Below, piece after piece: positions 1 to 22,138 of a DNA stretch of 64,000 bases (the first letter of the stretch is position 1; every line of letters starts with the position of its first letter). The position numbers and the translations under genes are program-made. Below the pieces are notes generated by a model, which worked only from the letters and a program-made list of their open reading frames with translations, made no database searches and had not been told where the DNA came from. Source of the DNA: the human T2T-CHM13v2.0 reference genome, Homo sapiens; assembly GCF_009914755.1 (NCBI RefSeq), contig NC_060926.1; one strand, given 5' to 3'.

Positions 1-120
1 AGACAATAGAAAATGAGAGCCAAGTGAAAGGGGTTTCCCCTTAAAAAAACCATCAGATCTCGTGAGACTTATTCACTACCACGAGAAAAGTATGGGGGAA
101 CCACCCCCAAGACTCAGCAT
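1..120 (-). mobile_element. THE1/MST MaLR LTR fragment
   Basis: accatcagatctcgtgagacttattcactac is a hallmark segment. Confidence 0.7.
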
Positions 121-352
121 CATTTTGGGAAACAGGTGTAAAATGTCAGTGTTGTGCCCAGAGACAGGTGTGTGAAATTGAATTCTGAAGGGGTATGCAG
201 TGATTGGAGAGTGGTTTGCGGAGCTTGCTGGCTGGGGGTCTGGGGAGGACCCTGTGCCTTACCTTGGGTGGTTGCTCAGGAAGCTCAGTGGCCAGTGCTG
301 GGGCTCAAGTTGACTTCCAAGGAAGACGTGTGAGAATGCTGCAGTTGCTTTC

Positions 353-645
353 TTTTTTTTTTGTTTGAGATGGAGTCTCACTCTGTTGCCCAGGCTGGAG
401 TGCAGTGGTGCAATCTCTGCTCACTGCAAGCTCCGCCTCCCAGGTTCACGCCATTCTCCTGCCTGTGTCCCGAGTAGCTGGGACTACAGGCGCCCACCAC
501 CATGCCCGGCTAATTGTTTGTATTTTTAGTAGTGACAGGGTTTCACCGTGTTAGCCAGGATGGTCTCGATCTCCTGACCTCGTGATCCGCCTGCCTCGGC
601 CTCCCAAAGTGCTGGGATTACAGGCGTGAGCCACCACGCCCGGCC
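353..645 (-). mobile_element. AluY-like element
   Basis: Full Alu with gcaagctccgcc/ttcacgccatt diagnostics; 16-bp TSD gctgcagttgctttct at 338-353 and 646-661. Confidence 0.92.
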
Positions 646-746
646 GCTGCAGTTGCTTTCTAAAGGAGTACTGTGCTTGCTCTGGAAGGGCAAGACTTAC
701 CGTGTTGCACTTGCCTTTTGGAAGCTGCTGGAGTCAGCTTAGGCTC

Positions 747-1111
747 TGTATTAGTCCATTCTTGTATTGCTATAAAGAACGACCTGAGACTGTGTAATTT
801 ATAAAGAAATGAGGTTTAATTGACTCACAGTTCTGCAGGCTGTACAGGAAGCGTGGTGCGGAGGCCTCAGGAAACTTACATCATGGCAGAAGGCGGAGGG
901 GAAGCAAGCACGTTTTACCACGGCAGACCAGGAGAGAAAGGGAGCAAAGGGGAAAGGTGCCACACTTTTAAACAAGCAGGTCTCCTGAGAGTTCACTTAC
1001 CTCCACAAGAACAGCAAGGGGAAATCTGCGCCCATGAGCCAGTCACCTCCTACCAGGCCCCTCCCCCAACATTGGGGATTATGGGCGGGGACACAAATCC
1101 AAACCATATCA
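747..1111 (-). mobile_element. MST-type MaLR solo LTR nested in an MLT1 LTR
   Basis: Termini tgtattagtcc...aaaccatatca; near-TSD ggctc/ggctg. Confidence 0.8.
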
Positions 1112-1452
1112 GGCTGTTATCACAATACCACAGACTGGGAGGCTTAAGAAAAATGTCTTATATTTCTGGAGATTGGAAGTCCAAGATTAAGGCGCTGGGG
1201 TTGTCTGGTGCCTGTCCAGGGCTCTTCCCTTGGGTTGTGAACACTGCCTTCTCATGTGTGCCTACGAAACTGACTGGGAGAGGGAGCTCTCTGGTGTCTC
1301 TTATTTTACGGATGCCTGTCCTGTCGGATCAGGACCCCACCCTTGTGACTGACTTTAACCTTAATTACTTCTTCAGAAGTTCCATCTCCAAATACGGCCA
1401 TATTGGGGGTTACAGCTTCTGCATACGAATTCTGGGGGACACAAACATAACA
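1112..1452 (-). mobile_element. MLT1A-like MaLR LTR (its other end at about 731-746)
   Basis: ataccacagactggg...ggaagtccaagat...gggggacacaaac MLT1 hallmarks. Confidence 0.65.
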
Positions 1453-1582
1453 GGAGCTGATGGGTCTCAAGATGTTGCCTTGAGGAGTGCATTAACAGAA
1501 CCTGGGAAGAGCTTGGTCATCACGAGGTACAGTCGGCCTCTCACCCACCGTCCAGGTGAAAACCAATCCGTAGACTGGAGTC

Positions 1583-1779
1583 CTCGCTGGAAGAGGAGGC
1601 TGAGATGCTGGGGGAAGGCCCCACAACGCCGAAACCAGCACCTGCCATCTCGCTGGAAGAGGAGGCTGAGATGCTGGGGGAAGGCCTCACAATGCGGAAA
1701 CCAGCACCTGCCATCTCGCTGGAAGAGGAGGCTGAGATGCTGGGTGAGGGCCCCACAACGCTGAAACCAGCACATGCCG
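1583..1779. repeat. Tandem repeat, 66-bp unit x3
   Basis: ctcgctggaagaggaggctgagatgctggg... starts at 1583, 1649 and 1715. Confidence 0.9.
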
Positions 1780-1830
1780 TATTTTCCTCCAAGCATTCTC
1801 TGAGGGTACATGTGGGCTTTGCTAGGGTGA

Positions 1831-3170
<1,340 letters not shown>

Positions 3171-3764
3171 AGAAAAATCAGTTATTTTAGGGGATGGTAT
3201 GGGTGGTAATCTTTATGGGTTTTGAATCATTCCTAATCCCAGGGGTCCAAGATGCCACTGGCCTGCTAGTCAAAGGGAGGGCGTGTGGAGGTCAGGTGGT
3301 AAGGGGGTCCACAGACCTCATCTGTGGTCGTCTTTCCAGTTCCTGAATGTGTAATTGCAACAGTTACACTTGACAATGGGCAAACTCCCACACTCATCTG
3401 CAGAGCAAGGGCCAGCCAGGTAGGAAGGGCCAGGTGGATGTCTCCTTTCCAGGGTTGTATGAATGATTCACCTGGGAAGAAGGTGAGTGGCCTCTGGGGA
3501 TGTGGTTAAGGAGGACAGGAATGACTCCATGCAACTGCTGCTCCAGAGCCTCATCACCAGGACAAATCCAGCTCGCCGGTTTTCTGTGTGACTACCAGGA
3601 CCCATCTGCTGTCACGGGCGTAGCCTCCACCTCTTGCACAGCTCCGCAGTCCTGCCTCGGGCCAAGTGTGGTCTCCTGCTCTCTGCCCTCATCTGCTCAG
3701 AGATTGGCATCCTCTGCACCCGCTAGGGTTCTATGGAATTGGGTGAGCTGAAGTAACAAGTGCT

Positions 3765-4027
3765 TTGGGAGGCCGACGCGGGCGGATCGCTTGAGTCCAG
3801 GAGTTCGAGACCAGCCTGGGCAGCACATGAGACCTCATCTCTACAAAAATACAACAACAACAAAAAATTAGCCGGGTGTGGTGGTGCACGCCCGTAGTCC
3901 CAGCTACTTGGGTGGCCGAGGTGGGAGGATGGTTTGAGCTCGGGAGGCAGAGGTTGCAGTGAGCTGAGATCAACCCCAGAACTCCAGCCTGGGCAACAGA
4001 GCTAGACCCTGTCTCAAAAAAACACAA
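3765..4027 (+). mobile_element. 5'-truncated AluJ-like element
   Basis: Alu body plus A tail; TSD aacaagtgct at 3755-3764 and 4028-4037. Confidence 0.85.
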
Positions 4028-4639
4028 AACAAGTGCTGGCGATGCCTCAGGCAGGGGATCCCAGGCCGGGAGGCTCCTCGGGACAGCAGTTACTGCGTCA
4101 GGAGGGCAGGAGCTCCCCAGGTGTGCAAAGGGTTTGAGGGCACGGAGGGCTGAACAGGCAGAAGGGACAGGGAGGCAAGAAAACACCTGCAGGAGGCAGC
4201 TGCCCCCTAAGCTAAGGCTGGGGACCCAGGAGGGGTGGTCCGTGCAGGAGCTGGGGAGGCCGCTGGGGAAAGGGGCGCCCCCTGGGCTCGGCCTCGGAGG
4301 AGCGGGCCGGCCCCCAGGTCCCTCGGCCGAGCCCACGTCCCGGGCCTCGTTCTGGAGAACCCTCCAGCTGCTGCTTGGGCGTCTTGGGCTGCGCTCAGCC
4401 TAGTCCCTTCTCTACCTGGAGGGATGCGCCCGACAGCCGGCGCGCCGGAGGCCCTCAGGAAACGCAGGACGAGGCGGTGGCCGTCGAGCCTCCGGTGCCA
4501 GTCGGGGCGGGGCTTGGACGGCGGGGCGGGGACTGTAGGCGCGCAGGGCTGGGCCTGGAGGGCAGGCGGGGCGGGGCCCGTTAGGCGCGCGGGGCGGGGC
4601 TTCGGCCGCTGGGCGGAGCCGTCAATGCGCAGGCGCGGC

Positions 4640-4717
4640 GTCGCCCCGCCCACTCCGGCTCGGCGGCTCTGGGCCTGCGGCGGGCGCTGCGGGTTGGAGC
4701 TCGGGACGTGATCGTGG
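4640..4717 (+). other. D2HGDH: D2HGDH exon 1 (5' UTR); start approximate
   Basis: Follows the GC-box/NRF1 cluster; plausible donor TGG|GTGCGT at 4717/4718; exon 2 has an upstream acceptor, so an earlier exon is needed. Confidence 0.6.
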
Positions 4718-5132
4718 GTGCGTGCGCGCGGCCGCGCGGAGCGCTGGGCTGAGGGTCCCGGTCTGCGGTTCAGCCGCGGGTCGGGGTGGCGGGGCGCGAT
4801 CTCGGGCGCCGTCAGCCAGTCGGTGCCTGTGGGGGGAGGGGGACGGCGCTGCAGCTCGTCACGTGACCGCGTGGAACACGCGCGCGCGTCCGCGGGATCC
4901 CCTCGGGGGGCGAGCTCGGAGGAACGGGGTCCTGGGCAAGGTCCCGGCGAGGCCGCCCCGAGCCTGCGCGTCGCTAAGTCCAGGCCTGCTGCGTGGGGCT
5001 TCGCGCGCTCGCGGGGTTGCGGCCCGGGCAGGGGGAGGGCCCGGGTGCTCGGAGCCTTCCCTTCGCTGCCCTCCTGCCCCCTCCCTGCTTCTGCAAGCGT
5101 GTTTCAATTTGTACAACGTGCATAAAACATGA

Positions 5133-5543
<411 letters not shown>

Positions 5544-5695
5544 TGAGGCTTGGGAAGCTGCGGCGTTTCCGCGTCCCTGCTCCGCTGCGCCTTCCCGTGG
5601 AGGCTTCAAAGCGGGCTGAGAACAACCTGGATGGGGGTGCCAGCCCCTGGCTGCGCTGAGAGGGGCGTGTGCACCGCCACAGGCTGCTGGAATGA

Positions 5696-6082
<387 letters not shown>

Positions 6083-6096
6083 AACAACCCAAGTTT

Positions 6097-7790
<1,694 letters not shown>

Positions 7791-9884
7791 GTGCTAAAAT
7801 AGTAAAGCGAGGTAGAAGAGAATTGGTTGACTCTTAATTTACAACAAAATGATATATTTAAACCTGTGGAACTGGCACCAGGTCCTGGGGCTGAACATAG
7901 GGTGTGCTGTCATTGGGAAGATCTGGAATTGTTTTTATCTTTTTTTTGTTGGCCCTTGTAGAAGATTGAAATTATTAAGAACACTCAGAAAGTTTCCAGA
8001 CCGTGTAATCTGGGAGTGCAGCGTATGTTAAAACAGTTCAGAAAGTTAGCAAGTTGAACTGGGGTCTAGGCTCAGATAATGGAAGCAGCTCTTTCCCTGC
8101 AGAAAGGCTGGGAGTCACTGGAAATCGCTGGACCAATGGTCACTGTGTAGGAGCTCTCTTGAGTGGAAGGGCCCCCACCCTCACCCTGCTCCCGAAGTAA
8201 GGACCCCTCTGGGGCGATCTCAAGCTGCTGCCCTGAGTGCACACCATGGCCCAGGGCCTGTGGGCTCACGAATGTTGTCCCCGGAGGCAGGTGAGGATGG
8301 ACGCCCACCCTGGGCTTGGCTAAGTCGGGCCCCAGTCCTGGCTCAGCACTGCTGTCTGGGTGGCCCTAGGCAGATGACCCTCAGTGCCTGCCCTACAAAA
8401 TGGGACTTGGAGCCACTGCCTCAGGAACACCGTGCGGGTAAGTGGGGCAGGAACCTAGCGTGAGCCTTGAGCACAATGCTTGGGTTCCCGTGCTCCCAGC
8501 CTGCTCGGAGGCCAGCACCCTGGGCTATGCCGCTGCTGCCCTCATGGGCAAGGGACCTCCCCGGGGCATGCAGGAGCGGGGAGGAAGCTGTAACTGAGAT
8601 TGAGGGGTGACCACGCTCTTCCTCTCCTCTGCCTTGCCTGAGCCTGACTGGGCAAGAACTGGCTGTCCCCCTGGGTCCCCGCTCTCTGGTCAGCACCTTT
8701 TTGGGAATCCGTGGCCATGGACACCCTGTCCTGCTGCAGGGCCGCCCCTCGGTGTCTGTGTGTGCCTGTGGGAGGGCGCCTTCCTCTGCGTCCTGCTGCC
8801 CCGAGTTTGGTGAGGGCGAGGCTGAATTTCACTCATGTTTGAGTCCACAGGTTTGGTCCTGAATGTCTGCTCAGTAGGTGTTTGCTGATGTGAGGCTTAG
8901 TTGTTGAATTTTAGGTGAATTATCCCTTCATGTGGCTTGCTTTTGGAGAGAGAGCTTGTCTAGACTTCTGAAAACTCATTAAGCATCATATTCAAAAATC
9001 TAGACCATTTGCTCAGGATGGATGCTGCAGACGTTTAGTGAGCACGCCTGCACTGGCAGGAAGGTGGGAGCTTCGCGGTGTGAAAACAGGCTGGGCCCCT
9101 GTGTCACCTCTGGCGGCCTTGCCCCCATGGCCCCCTCCGTCTTTGTGGGGCTCCCATCGTTAACACTGGACCACCGGGAGGGAGCCCTCCTTTTCATCTT
9201 TCCCGTTAGAAGGTAAACATCACAGGAGTGGGAAATTCTGTGCTCATTCTGTGTCTGGAACGCGGCCTGGCCTGCATTCTTGGGGGGTACTCATGTTTGT
9301 GTTGAGAACCCTGCCACAGGCGCGTCACAAGTGTGTCCGAGTCGAAAGCTTTGCCATGAGTCCTGGGGCTCCTGAGCCCACTCGGGACAGGGACGCAGTG
9401 AGCGCAGGTGCCAGGGTTCCCTCAGGTGCCGCACTGAAGTGTCGGGCCGAGGCCCAGGTGCCCAGCAGGCCCCTCTGCAAAAATTGCTCATTTGATGAAA
9501 GAGACATAAGTGGCTTTCTGATCAGAAAAGCAAGGTGGACACCACAGCCTGGTTCTCAGAGCTCCACGAAGAGGTGACAGGCTCCCGTGACTGCACCTGC
9601 TGCCTCTCTGCAGCCCCCATCACCTGGGAAAGTCGTCTCAAGGAAACCCAAAGGCAGAAAGACGCCTGCTCACTTGGGGCAGCAGTGGTTAGCAACACCG
9701 GCGAACTAGCTCAGAGGGCTCCCACTGGTCACATCCAGGCATTCAGCAAATAAGGCGGCCAAGACTTATAGCCCAGTGAATAAAGTGAGAAGCCGAGAGC
9801 CCACATCACTGTGAATAAGCAGCTACATAAACACGTCAGTGGGAGCGAAGGGAAAGCCCTCCCTCGTGGCAGAGTCAGCTAAGA

Positions 9885-10973
<1,089 letters not shown>

Positions 10974-11054
10974 CTCGCTCTCTGGGGCGAGTGACCACTT
11001 GCCTCATCTGCAGCTCCCCCCACGCTGTCTCATAGGATCTTCTTCCTGTCACAG

Positions 11055-11112
11055 GCTGTAGCAAGGTGCTGCTGAGGCCACGGACGTCGGAGGAGGTGTC
11101 CCACATCCTCAG
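11055..11112 (+). CDS. D2HGDH: D2HGDH exon 3 (58 nt)
   Basis: cctgtcacag|GCTGTAGC...CTCAG|gtgagg; encodes (G)CSKVLLRPRTSEEVSHIL(R) in frame. Confidence 0.96.
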
Positions 11113-11482
11113 GTGAGGTGGTGGCTCCCGGCTCCCCCAGCCTTCCCTGTTGCCTGTGGGTCATTTCCTCATGGAGCCTGTGGGCAGCTGGGGTGACGCG
11201 GTGCGAAGCCAGCCGATGACATCTTGGTTTGTGTGTCTCAGTGTTTGTTCTGTGGTTTTTCGGTGCTATCTCAATGCATCTGTGGTGTGTAATCATTTCC
11301 CCCCATTTGGCAATGCCCATGCCCATTTCTTGGCACTGTCTGTAACAGCAAAGCTCCTCCCCCATGAACACACTACAGGGTGGCACTGGTCTCCGGGTGT
11401 CCATGACTGTGGACAGTGCTTTAGATCATCCTCAGCAGGTGCTTTGGGGCAACGTGCACTTACTCTGTTAAACTCCATCCCT

Positions 11483-11922
11483 GGGACTTGCTGTCTCCAG
11501 GGTTTATTTCATGTGTGGGGCTTGCTGTCTCCAGGGTTTATTTCATGTGTGGGGCTTGCTGCCTCCAGGGTTTATTTCATGTGTGGGGCTTGCTGTCTCC
11601 AGGGTTTATTTCATGTGTGGGACTTGCTGTCTCCAGGGTTTATTTCATGTATGGGGCTTGCTGTCTCCAGGGTTTATTTCATGTGTGGGGCTTGCTGTCT
11701 CCAGGGTTTATTTCATGTATGGGGCTTGCTGTCTCCAGGGTTTATTTCATGTATGGGGCTTGCTGTCTCCAGGGTTTATTTCATGTGTGGGACTTGCTGT
11801 CTCCAGGGTTTATTTCATGTGTGGGGCTTGCTGCCTCCAGGGTTTATTTCATGTGTGGGGCTTGCTGTCTCCAGGGTTTATTTCATGTGTGGGGCTTGCT
11901 GTCTCCAGGGTTTATTTCATGT
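11483..11922. repeat. Minisatellite, 34-bp unit x13 (intron 3)
   Basis: cttgctgtctccagggtttatttcatgtgtgggg recurs every 34 bp from 11487 to 11895. Confidence 0.97.
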
Positions 11923-12334
11923 ACATGGGCAGATTCCTTTTCCCAGAGCACGGAACTTTGGTTTCTCCAAACCCCTAGCCACTGGGTGTGCTCTAGGCTT
12001 TGGGGCTTTGCAAAGGTGCAGGCTGGTTGGGAGGGAGGTATCCTTGGGCACACGTCTGGGGGATAATGGGCCGAGGGTGGGGAGATGCAGGCAGAGGGTG
12101 GAAGGCAGTGGGGGCAGTGCGGTCGAGGAACCCTGAGCTGGACCCTCTGTGAGCATGGTGTGAACGGGAAGGATGGGAGCCGGGCGTGTAGGACGTTCTG
12201 TCCTTTGAGGGAAGCCTTGTAGGACGTCAGAATCGGGGCCTCCACTTCCGTCTCCCTGTGCACAGCTTTCGGATTGGCCTCTGTCCTTCCTCAGAATCCC
12301 TCACATGCGTGGGCTGGGGAGGAGCCCCCGCTGA

Positions 12335-12787
<453 letters not shown>

Positions 12788-12860
12788 TGAGGGCTTGTCA
12801 TTCTGGTCCCTTCCGACTCCATCCCGCTCTAGAGGTGTGTGAGGTGCAGAGTGGCATGTG

Positions 12861-13169
12861 TGAGGGGATCCTGACCCAGGGTGCCAGGGCGTGGCAGGCA
12901 TGAGGGGATCCTGACCCAGGGCGCCAGGGCGTGGCAGGCGTGAGGGGATCCTGACCCAGGGCGCCAGGGCGTGGCAGGCGTGAGGGGATCCTGACCCAGG
13001 GCGCCAGAGCGTGGCAGGCATGAGGGGATCCTGACCCAGGGCGCCAGGGCGTGGCAGGCGTGAGGGGATCCTGACCCAGGGCGCCAGGGCGTGGCAGGCG
13101 TGAGGGGATCCTGACCCAGGGTGCCAGGGCGTGGCAGGCATGAGGGGATCCTGACCCAGGGCGCCAGGG
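12861..13169. repeat. Minisatellite, 40-bp unit x about 7.7 (intron 4)
   Basis: tgaggggatcctgacccagggcgccagggcgtggcaggcg every 40 bp. Confidence 0.97.
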
Positions 13170-13258
13170 TCCTGCTCTGGAGCTGGGCCTCTCCCCGCAA
13201 GGCCGGGCTCCAGGCCCCGGTCACTCTGTGGTCGGGCGCCTGCACTGTTGGGTGTTGA

Positions 13259-14002
<744 letters not shown>

Positions 14003-14655
14003 TGAGGGAGGCCTGGCCCTGCCCTGTCCTCCCACGAGAGGGTGATTTTGTGTCCACTGCCTCGGGGCCACACAGAGAGGATGCAGTTACAGGGGACACC
14101 GCCCCGGCAGTGGTGGGCTTCTGGGAGCCGGGTGTGAAGGAAGGCTCATCCAGGGTCAGCTTCGTGACCTTCTGCTGCCCACTGTTCCTCCAGGGCCCCT
14201 CTGTTTACCCGCACCCTCACCAGCCGAGTGTCACAGGCAGAGCTCTCTGTCCTGTTTACCCAAGTGGACGAAGCAAACACAAAACCATGCTTTGGTGCCA
14301 TCCAGTAAATTATGACGCTTCAGTAGCTTTTTTTTCTGGCCAGCCACTGATTATCTTTATTGTAAATTACTTTTTTGCACTCATGAGCTGTGTAGGCCTC
14401 CGACTCACAGTACCAGCACACAGGACTCGGAGAGGCCCACAGCTCGGGAGCTTTGATGCCTTATGGCTGGTGGGTCCAGAGGTGGCTGGGTCCTGGGCTG
14501 GGCTCACGCCCTACTCCCAGGGAGCCTCCCCACTGCCCCCGACCCCGGGCGTGCCCCCTGGGCAGTGAGCTGCTGTGTGTGGAGGGTGTCACTCGTACAG
14601 GAGGAAAGTCCATCCTTCAGCCTCTTGGCATGACCTCAGGCTGCTGCAGAAGTGA

Positions 14656-14922
<267 letters not shown>

Positions 14923-15639
14923 TGAGATGGGTGGTTGGGCTCGAGCGTCTGCTCTGATGGTGCCACTGTTGGTGTGAGGAAGGGGATGGAGGGACCCCCC
15001 CCCAAGGACAGTCGGTTCCCGTGTCTCCTGACATCTCTGCTTCCAAAGGAATCAGGAATCCAGGACCTGGCCTTCCTGGTGGTCATGGGTAAAGGTGTAG
15101 AGTGAGGCCTCTCTCTGTCTCTGGTCAGAGGACACTTCATTTCATAAGAAAACAGGCTTGTGTTGCCTCATTCACCCCATCGTGTTGGTTGAGTAGCTTG
15201 TGGAGTAAGGTTGAGGGACATGCTGTCATTTGGCATCAGTTCAGGACACCACTCTTAGTTACTGTGGGGATAAAGAATTCCCTCCTGTAATGGGGGGCTT
15301 CCCCAGTCAGCCCAGACTGGGGGTCTCAGCAGACCTGCCTGCTGCTGTGTCTCCACAGGCCTGCTTCACTCACAGCCACTTCTTCGGTTCTCCTGGGACC
15401 TGCCTGCGGCTCCTTTCTTGCTTCATTTGAATCGGGCGGGTTTATCCAGCATTTCCTCCTCAGGAGTTCAGAAGTCGCACAGCCCGGCAGTCTTCGCGCG
15501 GGAGGTGGCGGGTCTAGCTCACCAACTCCCAGTTCGGTGTCTTGAGCTGCCAGAAGCTTGGGCAGCCCTGGAGGATGCTGAGACTCCGCATGCTTGTTCC
15601 TTCAGCCACTTACATCTTCTTGTTGTGATGTGTGTTCCG

Positions 15640-18442
<2,803 letters not shown>

Positions 18443-18886
18443 TCTTCAGCGGTTTCTTTGGTGTTTTTTGGCCCAGCGTTTGTGGTGTTTTCACTGGGCA
18501 CTGGGTCACGTGGCCTAGCCCATTGCTGCTGGGTGGAGGCCCCTTCTCCTGGATCTGCCCCAATCAGGCCTTGCCCGCTTCACTGGTGCCCCTCCCACCA
18601 TGGCTGCCACTGTCCTCCCACAGCCAACCCAGCCATCAGTTCTCATTGCCCCTCTCGCCCATTGCCTCCGGCACAAGCCTGGCCTGTGATGCTGCCCCCA
18701 CACCGCCTCCTCCCCGCCCTCCACCTTCAGCCCCTGGTGGGGCTCCTCACCACCTGACCCCGGAACGGCTGGGGCAGCCTTGACTGCTTCTGCCGACTTA
18801 CTCTCTGGGCGGCAGTGCCATCTGGATCGGTGGTTCCTCTTCATCCAGGTTTTCTGTGTTCTGCTCTGATCCCACTCCAACTGCAG

Positions 18887-18964
18887 TCACCTGTGTGCCG
18901 CCCGCCTGTGGTCCTGGGAGCCCGAGGCCAGCCCGGCTGCCGCATCCTGCTCTTCGCACTCCAG
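18887..18964 (+). CDS. D2HGDH: D2HGDH alternative exon 6a (78 nt) in intron 6
   Basis: caactgcag|TCACC...CTCCAG|gtctca; in frame after exon 6: VTCVPPACGPGSPRPARLPHPALRTP; resembles my recollection of a short annotated isoform; donor is weak. Confidence 0.55.
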
Positions 18965-19320
18965 GTCTCAGACAGGAGTCACTCGCCTCTTCGTGCCACG
19001 CCCACGTCTAAGCCGGGTGGAACAGGCCCTGTGAGGATGGTCCTGGTGTCCCTCGTGCTCGTGGGCTCGGTCCAGCTCTCCAGGGCCCCAGTCAGCCCTG
19101 GCTCCTGCTCTCCTGCAGCTGGGGCGACTTCCGACGAGGCACTCTTGTCCCACTTCCTGGGGATTCCTGCCCACTCTGAGCAAGATGCCCAGTCCCCACC
19201 GCCAGACCCTCCAACACCACCACCACCTCCCACACCCCAGCCCTCTACGCGTCTGCAGCCACACCCCGACATGGTGCTCGGGTCACAGGCCTTGAGGTGC
19301 TCCTGTGTCACCCAGTGCAG

Positions 19321-19349
19321 GTGTCTGCCCCCAGCCTCTGCGCCTGTGA
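19321..19349 (+). CDS. D2HGDH: D2HGDH alternative exon 6b coding part, ends in a stop codon
   Basis: cccagtgcag|GTGTCTGC...CTGTGA; gives GVCPQPLRL* after exon 6a (319-aa product). Confidence 0.5.
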
Positions 19350-19747
19350 GACCTTCTCTCTGGAAAATTCTTCTCTGATATCCACATGCCTTTGCATTGC
19401 CTCCCTGTCTCGCCCTGAAAGGTGGGCACGGGCCCCCTCCTGCTGCAGCGTCTCTGGGGCTGCCCGCCTGCAGACATCTCCACTCAGTTCCTTTCCATCT
19501 TTGCACTTGAGGGTCGGCTTCCCCAGGGCAGCGGCCTCACTGGTAGCCCCCACCAACCCTGGAGCACTAACACGCCTGTTGGATGAGGTCCTGAGTGCAG
19601 GGAAGACCTGAGTGCTGATTGTGTTAAGAGAAATGCAGCCATTCCCAAAGGCTGCCTGTTGCTGGCTCTGTGTTTGCAGAATTCCCAAGATACGCCCCCT
19701 CTGAGTCCCACTGCCGTCTCAGGTGCTGTGTGGTTCTTCGGCGCCTT

Positions 19748-20010
19748 CCCCTCCTGATTTGATGCTGGTGGTGACACCAGGCGTGCACCTGTCCCTCCTG
19801 ATCTGATGCTGGTGACACCAGGCGTGCACCTGCCCCTCCTGGCATCTGATGCTGGTGGTGACACCAGGCGTGCCCTGCCCCTCCTGATCTGATGCTGGTG
19901 GTGACACCAGGCGTGCACCTTCTCCTGATCTGATGCTGGTGGTGACACTAGGTGTGCACCTACCCCTCCTGATCTGATGCTGGTGGTAACACCAGGCGTG
20001 CACCTGCCAG
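19748..20010. repeat. Minisatellite, about 44-bp unit x6
   Basis: cccctcctgatctgatgctggtggtgacaccaggcgtgcacctg with small indels. Confidence 0.9.
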
Positions 20011-20162
20011 GCAAACCCTGGGCTGTTTGTTGCAGTGCCAGTCCTCGTGCTCCTCGTGGCTGCCCAGCTCACCCACCCACATGAGTCGGGCTGATGTTGC
20101 TGCTTTGAAGGGGGACTTGGGTGGGCTGGGTTTAGCTCCGTGTGGTGCTTGACATGCTGTGA

Positions 20163-20555
<393 letters not shown>

Positions 20556-20701
20556 TGATCTTCTGCAGGAAGGACGGGAAGGAACTAAGTGGCTATTTTT
20601 GGTGAGCTGGGAGACTTTCTTTCCATTTCTTCTTTTCTTTGTTTTCCCATGTTGCTTTCTGTAAGCACGTTTTTCTTTTATGCTGGGAAAAAAGCCAATA
20701 A

Positions 20702-21092
<391 letters not shown>

Positions 21093-21116
21093 TAAACCTT
21101 CTGAAAGTCAGCTTAA

Positions 21117-21545
<429 letters not shown>

Positions 21546-21900
21546 TGAGAGAGTAGCCTCTTTGGATGGAAAATGTATTCCTGGTGTCTAGGCCATTTTC
21601 ATTAATATTTAAAAAGTACTTCCTCCCCACCATGACCCTCCCCAACCCCATGCTGTGGGATGAGCAAGGGGACTGCCCCATTGCTGGTCCCCTGCAGCCT
21701 GTGGTTAAGCGGCCAGTCAGCGGCAGCTCCGCATAGAGTCGTGTGGAAGGAGTGGAGGCAGGAGGAGCCCCTGGGGCTGTGGAGGCTTAGCCTGGACCTC
21801 GGGAGTCCTAGGATGGGCAGTTTTCCTTCCCTAGGAGGAAGGGGCGTTGACTGTGTGACCAGATGATTTGGCCTTTTGAGGCCAAAGGAAGGAGGGGCAA

Positions 21901-22138
21901 GGCCTGGGCAGGGGGAGCCCTCGGTCACCGTCACCGGGGCCTGGGCAGGGGGAGCCCTCGGTCACCGTCACCGGGGCCTGGGCAGGGGGAGCCCTCGGTC
22001 ACCGTCACCGGGGCCTGGATAGTGGGAGCCATTGGTCACTGTTACCGGGACCTGGGTGGGAGGAGCCCTCAGTTACCTTCACCGGGGCCTGGGCAGTGGG
22101 AGGCGCCCTTGGTCACCGTCACCAGGGCCTGAGCAGTG
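21901..22138. repeat. Minisatellite, 37-bp unit (3 perfect plus about 3 diverged copies)
   Basis: ggcctgggcagggggagccctcggtcaccgtcaccgg. Confidence 0.9.

Noticed and set aside
820-1764. 314-aa ORF
   Set aside because: Runs through MST and MLT1 LTRs and a 66-bp repeat; non-ATG start; no protein-family signature
11150-12136. Cys-rich repetitive ORFs in three frames
   Set aside because: Artefact of the 34-bp minisatellite
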